DNA from: Phoronis australis | Taxonomy: Eukaryota; Animalia; Phoronida | NCBI GenBank assembly: GCA_002633005.1 | Contig: NMRA01000025.1 | Coordinates: 1,033,160-1,097,159, forward strand | Reading direction: 5' to 3' | DNA: 64,000 nt | Shown: in pieces, positions 40,001 to 51,700 of the stretch | How the letters are laid out: each line of letters begins with the position of its first letter | How positions within the stretch are numbered: the first letter of the stretch is position 1 | The notes under the pieces: model-generated | Databases searched by the model: none | Told to the model about the DNA's origin: nothing | Seen by the model: only the letters and a program-made list of their open reading frames with translations | Program-made: the position numbers and the translations under genes

Positions 40001-43000
40001 TCCTTCACATTAATGTAACACTAAGGTTGAAAGAATACAGTTCAGCCTCAGTGTCCAACAGTCACCTGGCGTTCTGGTAGTTGTTCTCCGTGAACTGGTT
40101 GAGACGGATGGCAAATGGCATTGTGCAAGTTCCCAGCACATTGACAACTCTGTAGTTTGTAAACCGCACACGGAACCCTAGTCGCTGCAGCTGACGAGCG
40201 ATTTTTCGAGACGCCATCTTGGCTAGCTCCTCGCTGCAAAATGTAGCACTCTTGTGATTACACTGTCTCGCTACTTGTAGTAGAAATTCTCTGACTTAAA
40301 GCTATGCACACATCTTTTATCAACAATAATTTTCAATGCAGACCACTCTTTAATGATCGAGACAATGCTCAGCGCATAAAATGACGTACTAGGCCGAGCA
40401 AATACATCAAGTCTGGTCTTGAATAAAAACATAAACTGTCAATTCTTAACAAGCCCAGAAAAAAACATGTAATCTGGAATAAGAAACAGGTTAAGGCCAA
40501 TTTTATAACAGCAACTGGTCTTCATAAATTGACGAAAGGTAGATGCATAGCTGCTTGAAAGACTAGGCAGACGATGACATTGTGATTACGACCTACAACA
40601 AAAACCCTTAGTCACACGCATTATTTTGAGTATAGCCTTCACATATTAATACATATCTACAGGACCGCAAACCAGTACTCAATCAGTGAGCTGATAGTGA
40701 GGAAGACATTACTGGTAAAATACGGATAGCAAAAGTACCAACTTCATTTGTCCTAGACAAATTTGGCTACTCTGGAGTTCCGAATAGTAGTAGAGACAGC
40801 AATAATAGTATAGACTGGAAAATTTCACGATTTTTAATAATAGCAGAGACTCTAATAATAGAATAGACCCAACATTTTTGCCACTAGAAAAGTAGAATAG
40901 TAGTATAGACCGGAAATTTGTCGGAAAAAATTAACAATAGTATAGAATGGAATAATGGTATAAACGGCAAATTTGTCGAAATTTAAACATAGTATAGACT
41001 GGAATAATAATATTGATTACAACTTTAGGTAAAATCTAATCATGATATAGAAAGGAATAATGCAAAACAGCAAATTCTAAGGAATAATGGTATAGATGGG
41101 AAATTTGTAGAAAATTAAAAATAATATAGACTGGAATAATAACATTGATTACGAATTTGCATAAAATCTAGTAACGGTAGATGGAAATAATAGGAAGTGC
41201 AAAATCTAATAATGATGTAGATGGGATTGGAATAATAGTGCAAAGAAGCATATTCTCTCTGACTTACCACCGCTTTAAGTAATTATTTCAAAGAAAAACT
41301 TTTTAAATTGAACATTAGCATAGTTAAATTATTGCAGTGCTGTATCCACCCATGACATAACATGACATAACATAGTACAGTGAAGTGGAATAAAGTGTCA
41401 TTGCTAAAACAAAGACCATTTGTTTATTCTAAAGCTTTAAATGGAAGTCTATATAGATGTGTTTCAAACAGTATGCGTTATCATTTACTCAAAAAAGAAT
41501 GTGACATTCAGGCCTTAATGCAGCTTACGTCCTGGGCAGCCAAATGGACGCCCTAACACTAGTCTGGACACCCTAACACTAGTCTCGACGCCCTAACACT
41601 AGTCTGGACGCCCTAACACTAGTCTGGACCCCTGGAAAGGACACCCAATGTATCATTTGGACGACCACTGTCAATAGGAACCTTTCAAGTTTGGACTCAC
41701 ACATGATAATGAATATTAAGAAGCCTGTGAAGGCTCACAGTGGGGGCTGTTTTTTCAAAGCAGGAAGAAATATACAATGCATATACAAAGTATATACAAT
41801 GTTGCTATGCTCACACTTGGTTGATAGCATTGTAAAAGTCTTGGTCTGCATTTTTGTTAGTAAAAATGCTTACTACAGAAGGCTGTTTTGTAAACTTAAA
41901 TGTACAAACCTTGGTCTATGCATTTTTTGTGAAAAATGTGTGTGTCTGGGGGGATTGCTGGGGGGTGGGGGTTTACACGTCGGAATCATGGACGCCCTGG
42001 AATATTGGGAACCCTATTTTGGACACCCTATTTTCGAAATCCTGGATAAAGGCCTGGTGACATTCATACTAGAGATGCCAATGTGGACTAAGTCCAAACA
42101 TTATAACAAGGAGGTAAAGATTTCAGCAGCAACGTCCAGTCTTCCATGAAGCCAACAGTCTGAATAAAGACAATAAATTGTCTTGGTAAAACGAGTCGCA
42201 TTTTTATCATACATGTTCCTGACAGTCGAGCTTTAGTTTCTCTCAATCTCATGTCTTGCACAACGTTCATAGTCAATTCCCTCGTAATGTTAGTCAGAAT
42301 TCGACGTCAAAAAGTCAGTACAGACAAAATTTTACACGGCCAGAAATTTAGATTTCTTGCAGAATTGCCCAACATTCGAGTCCACGACCACAACTACGTC
42401 CACCATCTTGAATATCTAATTAGGTATAATAAACAAACCAATTCACGTGGGCTTTTCCATTTATTTAGATAGGAGAGCAAGAAGAAATCAATTTCAATAG
42501 ATATCGACTGGATTGTCGAACGTTAGCAACTATGTGATTTTCAAGATTGTCAGAAGTTCATTCTTCCTGTTCATAAAAACAATCTATTATCACGTTTGGA
42601 GCGAATTGTAAAAATGCTGATGTCCGACTTTGTCGGCAACTTGTTGGTACTTTGTTGATTCTAGGAACCTGGTTCCTAGGTTGATTGAAAGGTTCGGCAC
42701 CGTTCATTAACTGCACGGGTATTTGCACATCGTTGACTTGCCGGGTTATCACCATGGTCCGTATCTGTAGCTGGATTATTTGTCGTACCAGCATCTGAAT
42801 CAATGTCTGTATCTGGAACATCACTCAGTTTGTAAAATAATCCTCTAATTCTTTTAGGCCTTTGCGCAGCAGAGGACATGATTAAGTATGTAGAATGCGC
42901 ATGTCAATAATGACGGAAACCGCAGATGACACTGGCTGTGCAAAATCCCGGAATTACTCCCCCGGAAACGCAAACTTCGGGGAAAGACACAGTGAAGAGT

Positions 43001-46000
43001 TGTTACGGCTTGTCAGTTTTTCACAGGGTGCAATAATAAATATTGGATCACCCAAAGAAACTCGTCGAAAGCGTTTTTATTCATGTGTATATTGAGCTGC
43101 CGGTAACAACAATCTGTGTCACGGGGCGCACGGAATATTGAAAAATGCACTTTTTGTGCATTAAATTCATCATTTCTGAAATTACTGATGGCCTATTTCT
43201 TTGAGCGACTGCCGACCAGCCGTTAATATTAAGAGAAGTGGTCATCACTTCAAGCTTTTTAAATTTTGCCAACACTTTCTTAATTCTGACCGATCCCGTT
43301 GAACCCATCCAAAATAACATTCTGGCCATCCAGCAGACAGCCGCTGCGTAAACCCTTGCTTGGGAGTCAGATTATTTACGCTTTGAAACATACAGTTGTA
43401 TATTTTAGCGAATAAAATCTTTTCATGTGTATGACGTGAATTCCGTGTGTAACGCGGAGTCCTATATAGCTCTTCTAAATTACGAAATCTGAACTGAGTG
43501 TCTTGTGGTCTAGAGGTTTAGAGCAAATTAAGAGCGAATTAATTACGTCTTACGACCAAGGTACGATACCCGGTGTCAACAGTTAAGTTTTTGTATAACA
43601 AATTTGTAATGAATGAAACAAAAATTGAGAACTTGCTGAATCAAATAATCGTGGAGAGCGAAAAAAGGTTAGAAAATTAATAAACGGAAAGACCTGAATA
43701 AGCGTCGTATAGACCGGAAAAAGTCTGAAAAAAATAATCGTATAGATACGACTATTCGGAACTCGAGAGTACATTATGAAGTACCATGGATTTCCAATTC
43801 ACTTTTTATTTTCTCAAAAAGATTTTGCGTCCACAAAAAGCCCCCCCCCCGGGTGAGCTCTTCAGGCAAAAAAAGGAAAAAAGGAGAGCTCTTTCAGAAA
43901 CTTGTATTGTTTACAGCAACGTACTCGTTCACCAGTGGGCTATGAAACTCGGCCAGTGATGGTGGTACTGGATGTAAGTGGTGACTTGTTTCTACCAAAT
44001 TATGAATTCAGTCGACTTGAAATACTTGCCAGGTTTCACTTTATTAGTAATTTGACTACCATCAGAGTAGTCCAGTAATGTCTCCGTTAAATACAAGTCA
44101 TCAAAAAAACTGTCTACATTTTAAAGGTCCTTTTATGATCTAAAATGGAAATGACATTTTGTCACATTCTCCATACCCATGCCAGAAATGTAAAATGATC
44201 CCCGAAAGTGCCTCCATGGGAGCTTTTTGGGTTTTGTTTCTGAAAGAGCCCCCATGGTGGCTTTATTTTGGTGATGTCTCTTTCAGAAATCCCTGGTATG
44301 TTCAAGAACTTATATCTGGCTTCCTCACTAGTCTTAAGCCTGTTTTAAGAAACATGTCCTGCCAACGTATACATGTACATCAGTTGGATAGAGGTTACTT
44401 TATGAAATCTTGTCTTGAATATGAGTTTACCCAGTGAAAATATGACACTTGGCAAATAACCCAGTTATCTGAACACATAAGGGTAATTTTCATTCGTACT
44501 TATTTTAATCCCCACATCTTTGGAAGCATCGATAAAAATGTCGTTAAAATGTCATATCGATAAGAAAATAGCAATAATGGATCCTATCAATAATGCTTAA
44601 TGATGTTGAGTCCTTTAGATCTACAGTGTGCAACAAAACAGACATCAGCATTCACACAAATATTAAACACATTTCAACAACCCTCAGGGACAACTACTGA
44701 GGTGGAAGAACATCACACATTACACAAGACGTTATCACATCTCAGTCCCATTGAACATACCTTGTAGCTCCTACACAGGTGATCTTCCCAGAGGACCAGA
44801 TGCTGGCAGTTGCATTGGGTGACCGAATCCTCATATTCACCATCTACAAAAATAGAGCTCTTTTTAAACTGGTACATCAGAATGTGTTCAATTCTACAAT
44901 GACCATTATCAAACAATGTCTATTTTTTTACGGTGATGCTTATTAAAGAAACTGCGTAGCTAGATAGCGATAGTGTCAGTGTTTAGTGAAGTAAAGTCCA
45001 GTGACACCTACAGTTTAAATGAGAGTTGGAGCTTCATGTTTGTGCAGAAACGACCAGAGACACCTACAGTTCATATATGGAGAAACGTTAAGTGACAACT
45101 AGTCAGGGCTTGGAATGACCAATAACAAAAAGAGGAATTTTTTCCAGGTGATGTATCATTCCACAAATAAACAGGCTTGTGTGATAAAAATATTTTTGTG
45201 TTGTAAAATTTAGCTGAAATTTATTGATTGATTTATTAAAATAATATTTACAATGAGGGTAGCCCCATAAGTTCACACTGCTTTCCATGGGGGCCCTCAT
45301 GCATGAATAAAGTCAAAATAATGATTAAAAGAGACGAAAAAGGAAGAAACTGGCGATCAAAAAAAGAAACAAATTGAAACCAAAAAAGAGGAAATCCTCT
45401 TAACAGAGGAAAATTCCAAGCCCAGTACAGTTTACAAGACAGTTAGATGGAGCTCCATGTTTGAGCAGATATGTTCAGTCACCACACCAAGAGACGACTC
45501 GATGAAAACATAATTTTTTTCTGAAATAGTTAAAGCTAAATACTAAATCTGTTGAGTAAACGCAAATCGATGAAAAGGGCTATAATCGGATATAACGTGC
45601 CCACATTTTGAGAACCAGTTTGAAGCCCTTTATTCAGTGGAGAAAACTGGTTCTCAAAATTCGGCACATTATATCTGACCATTACCATGAAAACTCCCAT
45701 AACTAATACCATGTAAGTGGATATTTGGTCACATGTGGCTATCTGAAATAATTCCTTTTACCAAAACATTTTTGTTCAAGTGTTTACTTTAATGTCTACT
45801 TAGAAGAGTAACAAGCTGGCCCTTGCTTATGGACGTCTCTTACATTTGAGATGTGTTTCCTATACATCGTTTCACAGCTGAGTTCTTACCATGAATTATC
45901 AATATGGTCCAATGACGGTATTTTCTTATTGACATTGTGAGATAACAGACAAAACTTCCAGAAACAATACGTATGGTGGACAACCATTTAGCATCACAAT

Positions 46001-48705
46001 GATGTTAGCTAACAAAAATGGTTGTCATGCTGTTTGCTTAAGAAGGTTGCCTTACTGAGTCTTACACTCCCTTCAAGAAAAAAAAAACGCTTTCAAAACA
46101 ATTCCATAGTATCTTCTGTTGATAAACCGCGGAATTTGCTAAATTGGTTGAAGAACACCTACAAAGCCAATTTAAACTACTTGAATATGGAAGTTCTTTA
46201 CCGTAATTCATGTATTCAATATTTCCAAGTAGCAGTTAGAAAATCAGTACTTTTGTTACCAGTGCTTTTCCCCAGATGTTTAAAATAACATCCACACCGC
46301 ACTGAGGGTACCCTACTCACGTGCAACTTTAAAAACTTGTTTCGTTTTTGCTCAAAGTGTTTTCCAATGCACCTAGCTCCAGATATAAGCACAGACTGGC
46401 ATACAGCCTGTGGTTGGGCGTAAATACGCACATGTAAACAGTTTTTCTCACTTAATGTCATCAACTAGCCAATTTTTGTTTACTTCGGGGATAATAGTCG
46501 TATAGTGATTTGAGAACCCAGTTGGCAGTTACTCCCACTGAATAACAGGGACCCATCTATTTCACTACTGTCTATTTTGCGTGTTTGATCAGGTACCATA
46601 ATTGTAAAGTGATTGCTACCTCTGTGCCCAAAATACTGCCTTGATAAAAAGACTGTTTCAGTGTGACCATTTTGTAAAATTATTATTTAACTCCAAAACA
46701 TGTAACCGTGTAATTCAGTTAGACTAAACGATCATGGTTTGCATGGTGTATGACCACGTTAGACAGTGCCACTGTCTCAACTGGCCCCAGTAGAGATGGT
46801 GGCCATCCCATACGCCGCAAGCTTTTCCGCGAATTATGCCTCACAGCTCTCACTGATTAAACCATCAATATCATGCGCACAGGGCACCTTAGGAGATATG
46901 TCATATCCCCTGGCGCGAACCGTGTAAAAATGGCCAGTTGCCAATTTGGGTAACTAAACGAAGGACTGTTCAAAAAAAATTTGGTTACAAGAGTATTTGC
47001 TTGAGTTGAAAGGAATTAAAGACATCAAAGGCCTCCTAAGGTGTCCCTCTACTTGTATGTGCAAAAGGTACTAATAGCAACGTGACTGATGGTTTAATTA
47101 GTGTGAGGCATAATACACCAAAAAGATTCCAGTGCAAGGAGGACCTATGGGACGGCCACCATCTCTACTGGCCNTGCTTACAAGTCATCGGGATCGAGGC
47201 ATGTTCTCGGTTAGTGTTCTTTTGAACTTGTATTTGGCAACAACCAAATAACGGTCGGATTAACAAGAGCTGCTGTGTATTTGCCAGGTATCTGTTTAGA
47301 AGTGTAAAAACTCAGCTCGCATTCGTTGGAAATTCCAGGTCGCATTTTGCGACTTTATACGAGCTGACAAAAATCTCAGCTCGCATTTCCAAATTTCAGG
47401 TCGCAAATGCGACCTGCAGCTCGTTATGTCGAGCCCTGCTTGCAGTATTTGCAAAGCCTGAATGAAGCAAAATACAGTACCAGTTCCTAACCACAACAGG
47501 AAAAGTTATTTAATGAAAAAAGTCAGCAGCATATGCAAAAATGTCAACATTTTCCACACACATGCCTTGCTCTCAATGCCATCTTGTCGCTGAGTATACC
47601 GTCGTAAGCTGGTGTTGTGATTTGTGAAAAGGTGTCAACAGTTAACCTAATGACCTAGTTTGTACTTGAATGCCATTGGTTGATTTAGAAACGAGATCGA
47701 CCCTCGAGATCTTAATCTGACAGAACCAGAAACAGACGCCAAAATCTCAATTTTGAAGGTGGTCTTTTTTATCAACAAATTTTGTTAATGTTGGGTTGCT
47801 AATTCAAGAGCAGGGATCGTGAACAGAACAGGAGATGAATATTTTCTAGTAATAGCTGAGATTCCCCTACCCAAGAATTGAACCAGCGACCCTGATAGAA
47901 CCGTCAAGCTTGCTAACCATTCAGGGAATAGGCAATTGCCCGTTAGAGAATGGCTAACAGAGGCTCATATGATTCACCGGAAGCACATCCACAATATTCT
48001 CCCCATTCCAACAGAAAACGCACGCCACCAGGAAGGTGAACACCAGGTTGTCCCGCATAGAGATCATGAACGTCCCTTGGTACCTTTACCACCACAACAC
48101 AAGTGAACACAAGGTTGTCTCTCATACAGATCTCAACTTCTGGAATGTTTACCATCACCATACCACGCGCACCGTCTGAGGTCCGCGGGTACTAGTTGGC
48201 AGAGCTTCACTGGTAGATCATCCATTTGCCGACTATGCCAATTGTAATAATAACCCGAGATTACCTGACCCGGGAATTGCATGTGACTGCGCAGGCCAGT
48301 TGAGACGGAGCTACTCCTGGCTGACTTAAATTTTTGAAAATGGTATCAACTACTCCAATGACATTTCAAGAACATTGAAGCAACATTTATGCATACCCCA
48401 TTTTCGCGTTTGTATTCCACATTACTGCCCTCGGTTGCAATCTTTCTGAGATTCAGGTGACATCTGGTGTTGAAGGAAGTAACCACGTTGTTTATTTCTA
48501 TGTCCACAACTGGCTCCTCTTCAGCACTTCCGTTTTGCTCCTTGCTCGCTGCACAGTCGTCAGCGTTAGTATCGTTCAAATTAACATTGCTGTTCGTAGA
48601 GTGTGCCAAATCTGACTGAGTGGTTGCAGCCGGCGAAAATGCAGACGTCCCCCCATTAACTAGTTCACTGTCTTCAACAGGCAACGAGGCCGCACTTATG
48701 GACAT
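36791..48705 (-). CDS. TBPL1: TATA-box-binding protein-like 1 / TBP-related factor 2 (TRF2), 301 aa; join(complement 48397-48705, 44761-44843, 40066-40233, 38210-38304, 36791-37041)
   Basis: Spliced core VDIEINNVVTSFNTRCHLNLRKIATEGSNVEYKRENG/MVNMRIRSPNATASIWSSGKITCVGATS/EELAKMASRKIARQLQRLGFRVRFTNYRVVNVLGTCTMPFAIRLNQF..S/YEPELHPAVTYRIKDPKATLKVFSTGSITVTA/PSVANVQSAIEHIFPLVYPFR. All introns are GT-AG with consistent phases (906 nt total). TRF2-specific substitutions (RENG, IWSSG, PELHP) distinguish it from TBP. Confidence 0.97.
37710..37880 (-). mobile_element. Intronic fragment of the DINE/HINE-like family
   Basis: aatttcataaaaatccatcaaggaactcc..aaaaatgccactaggaggcac matches modules at 28900-29165. 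Confidence 0.55.
38210..38304 (-). CDS. TBPL1: TBPL1 coding exon 4
   Basis: ttttcag|TTATGAG...ACTG|gtaagt. Confidence 0.95.
38975..39300. repeat. Degenerate 15-bp subrepeats (GGGTAACTTGCTCCA x3), probably a MITE relic
   Basis: Near-exact triplication at ~39097-39143 with degenerate copies nearby. Confidence 0.55.
40066..40233 (-). CDS. TBPL1: TBPL1 coding exon 3
   Basis: ttttgcag|CGAGGAG...GCCAG|gtgact. Confidence 0.95.
41509..42056. mobile_element. hAT MITE nested in the mariner-type element
   Basis: TIRs CAGGCCTT../..AAGGCCTG with a perfect 8-bp TSD GTGACATT (41501-41508, 42057-42064). Confidence 0.92.
41546..41630. repeat. 20-bp tandem repeat x4 (GGACGCCCTAACACTAGTCT)
   Basis: Directly visible inside the hAT MITE. 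Confidence 0.9.
44761..44843 (-). CDS. TBPL1: TBPL1 coding exon 2
   Basis: tttttgtag|ATGGTGAAT...ACAAG|gtatgt. Confidence 0.95.
45222..45300 (-). mobile_element. Short LINE/SINE 3' tail related to the L2/CR1 end at 16120-16199
   Basis: Reverse complement ggcccccatggaaagcagtgtgaacttatggggctaccctcattgtaaatat..aataaa. Confidence 0.55.
45590..45675. repeat. Small imperfect palindrome / mini-MITE (~32-bp arms)
   Basis: atataacgtgcccacattttgagaaccagttt ... aaactggttctcaaaattcggcacattatat. Confidence 0.7.
46783..47173. mobile_element. ~390-bp MITE with GGCC termini (PIF/Harbinger/ISL2EU-like)
   Basis: TIR ccagtagagatggtggccatcccata / tatgggacggccaccatctctactggcc plus internal inverted blocks; N at 47174. 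Confidence 0.75.
47310..47438. mobile_element. Single end of an hAT-type MITE
   Basis: Ends ..GTCGAGCCCTG (reverse complement CAGGGCTCGAC) with GTCGCA..TGCGAC subterminal palindromes. Confidence 0.5.
47864..47933 (-). mobile_element. Degenerate tRNA-derived SINE head / tRNA pseudogene
   Basis: Minus strand GCCTATTCCCTGAATGGTTAGC...GGTCGCTGGTTCAATTC has A-box/B-box-like spacing; the cloverleaf is not intact. Confidence 0.35.
48397..48705 (-). CDS. TBPL1: TBPL1 coding exon 1 (103 codons)
   Basis: AAAATG start context; ends ENG|gtatgc. Confidence 0.9.
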
Positions 48706-51700
48706 TTTACGAGTAAATCAGTCATCCACTCACAACATGTAACTTCAAATTCTGCTCATTTCTACCATAACGAGCAACAGAGTTCAAATATAACACCAAA
48801 TGTTTGAGCAAATAAGTCGCAGTACCACCTTAGTCCACCATGACAGCTATTACCGGAAATAGTTTCTCCCAATCAAGAGTATTTGTTTTTGCACGTGACT
48901 TTGTTGGAGCATGGCGCCCCCTAACATTTTTCGAAAGCAATGATTTTGAGTGATGTACATGGTGCATTTGTGAAAACATCCTCACACAGCGGCCAAATAA
49001 ACGAAAACCACTACAAATAGTCGAAATAAGATAAACTGTGTAATTTATGCCGCATTTACTTTTTAATGTCAAGAACTTACACCAATGCTGTATAGATGGT
49101 TAAATTCAAAAAATAATATCCAACATTAATTCTAGGATTGGAATTAATTCATTTGTGAATCCTAGGTTTTACAGTTCTACTTGGTGCTAATTATCTAAAC
49201 AAAATAGATATTAAAACATTTTCCCAAAGCTAGTTTTACATTTTTACTAGGTACTAATCATCTAGAGAAAATAAATAAAGTATTACCCAACATTAGTTTT
49301 AAATTGTTATTTGGTAATTATCTAATGAAAATAAAAACGCTTTCTCAGATCTTTCAGTTCATAGACGTCGGCAGAAGAAAGAAAATGTATCATTGCTACT
49401 TCTTAATTCCTGGCTAAAACATCTATGCCCATGCAAGTGATAGCCAAGGAACCAGTATTGGCTTACGTAGCAATGATGCTACAGAGACAGTCGCCGTCCA
49501 GGTAGTGCTGCACTCTAGCGGAAAACAAAATACTACGATGTCCACAGAAACACGAAACAACGTGTCTCGCAGTGTAGGGCGGCAATGGCCCCTTCACTCT
49601 AGTTCAAACGCAATCGCCTAGGAGAAAATGGTCATGAGCCAAGTTAAAATAACATTGACATTATCAGAAATCATGATTGTTTTATATTTTCTCTGTAGAA
49701 CTATAATTTAATAAAATCATTCGCCTTCAGGTGGCTTTCTAAGCGACGAATGAAAGCAACTAGTAGGTAAATTTTTANGTGGGGGGGGGGGGGGTGAGTT
49801 ATCTGTCTGGCGCTTAACATACTGAACAATTTTCTGCTGCTCTTGTCTGACGTCAAATCTATTCACAAAAACACCTCGAAAGATTTTGCATAAGATTGGA
49901 GACGATGCCAAACGCTCCTTGGTGTCACCTCTCGATTTTTGTCTGTTAACTATGTAGTCAACCCCCAACGCCACGAAGCACTACACAGCAATTTTAAAAC
50001 AAGTAAATTAAAATACGAAGATCTTATCTTAAAAATACTAAATGTGAAACATAAGCTCACAGCCAAGCCACAACATCTAACGATTCCTGTCACGAAGTTG
50101 TCAACGTTCAGTCAGTCGTAGTTAAGTTAAGGAGTGGTGACGCTTAACAGAAAATCACTGGTCAGCAATGTCTCCCGCCGAAACTCTTTGAAGCCAATGG
50201 CTGTGACCTCTAGATTGTCATCAACAAACCGTATCGTTACGTAATTTCTAGCACAATTCTGTGATTTTTCCCACATTTTGCAGTATTAAAGACGAATTAA
50301 GATTATTTATGACCACCGTTTTTCTCTCCCCCATGACAACGTTAGGTAAGGGCATTGTGGAGAAAAGGCCGTTGGTGCTTAGGCTTCCTGGCTGACTTGT
50401 CGCTGATGTAAACTGATATTTATGAGGATTAGTGACCAGCTTGACAATTTAATTATAAGCAAATTCCAACAGGTTGCCTACAGCCGCGCTGTATCTCTCG
50501 ATACCTCCGTTATGGAATTAGCAGATTTAGTCAAAAAATGCTTGAATGCGCACGAGATTATTTCCATCAACTTTCACATGGGCACGACTGTTCCGAGTAT
50601 TTTCAAGTAAGTTTTTTCCGAGTTCCAACAAATTTTGCAGGATTAATTCCGGGCGGGGTTGTTCATGGCCTACGTGCTTTGTTGATTCAATTAAGTTTCG
50701 ATCGTTATCCGTCCCATAAAACCACTGGTGTTGGCGCGTGTGTTGTAACTGCTCTCATTGTGTGGTGTCTGTTTGAAGTTTATAGGAGCGAAATAACTAT
50801 CCGGTATTCATGAATCCTTTGGGCGCGCGGCCGTTTTATGGAATTAATCTGGTGTATTTTTCATGAAACATTTCTGGGATTCCAAAATACTTGGAGACGG
50901 CACATCAGGAGTCCAAAAAGGTCCTAAATTTGACTAGACATTTCCAAAAAAAATGGAAAAGTGAAAAGTGGCATATTCTCGGGAAAATGTCTCTTTAACC
51001 AAGAAATACAAATATCCAACAGAATGAAATTTTATAGGTAAGACAATAATTTTGGAAGTTCAATCTCAATCATTAAAAATCAAGGACAGAAGCAATAAGT
51101 GTAATAATCTATGCAGTAGTGCTAAATTTGGAACACTTTAGGCCTTAATCCGCTCCCGCGTATGATTAATAGTTCACAAATTTCTTCTTGTTGTCTACAG
51201 GGATATTGCATAATGAACCCCCGCACCTGTACGGATACGTTCCGACACATACATAAGACCTGATAATATTATCGCTAACCAGCCATTAATAACGACACGC
51301 AACAAAGCGATGACCGAAGCACAGACATCACAATCAAAATGATAATCGAATGACTTTGATTGCTCCAGTCGTTCATCACTATAAAGCTGACATGGTCTGT
51401 CAGTGGCGCTTTATGTATCCCATACTCAGGTGTGCGGAATTACCATCAAATAATTATTTGGGAGAGGGCATCCGATTTGGAAATTTTCTTGTGTAATAGC
51501 ATTATGTGATGTATAGTAATAAATCAGGCGTAGTAATGCATTTTTGGTTGTGATGCAAGTTAGATAGCATCTCATTTTCTCACGATCACCACCAATTTTG
51601 ACCAACGAATCCACACCTCCCTCTGGTCCGCCACCGTGGTTTCGTTGCGGCATCATTAATTTAAAACTGGTTTCTGCATGAGTTTGCTTCACTCCTGTCA

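Larger units (their letters stand above)
40770..43769. mobile_element. ~3-kb Tc1/mariner(pogo)-type element with TA TSD in TBPL1 intron 2
   Basis: TIRs TA|CTCTGGAGTTCCGAATAGT.. and ..ACTATTCGGAACTCGAGAG|TA; subterminal AATAATAGTATAGACTGG-type repeats; no intact transposase seen. Confidence 0.75.

Noticed and set aside
47864-47933. Functional tRNA gene
   Set aside because: The acceptor and D stems do not pair; only box-like remnants remain.
48346-48396. C-terminal part of the 119-aa ORF (VCINVASM...)
   Set aside because: It is read-through into TBPL1 intron 1 past the GTATGC donor.
36791-48705. Calling the gene TBP
   Set aside because: It lacks three TBP phenylalanines and has TRF2-specific motifs.
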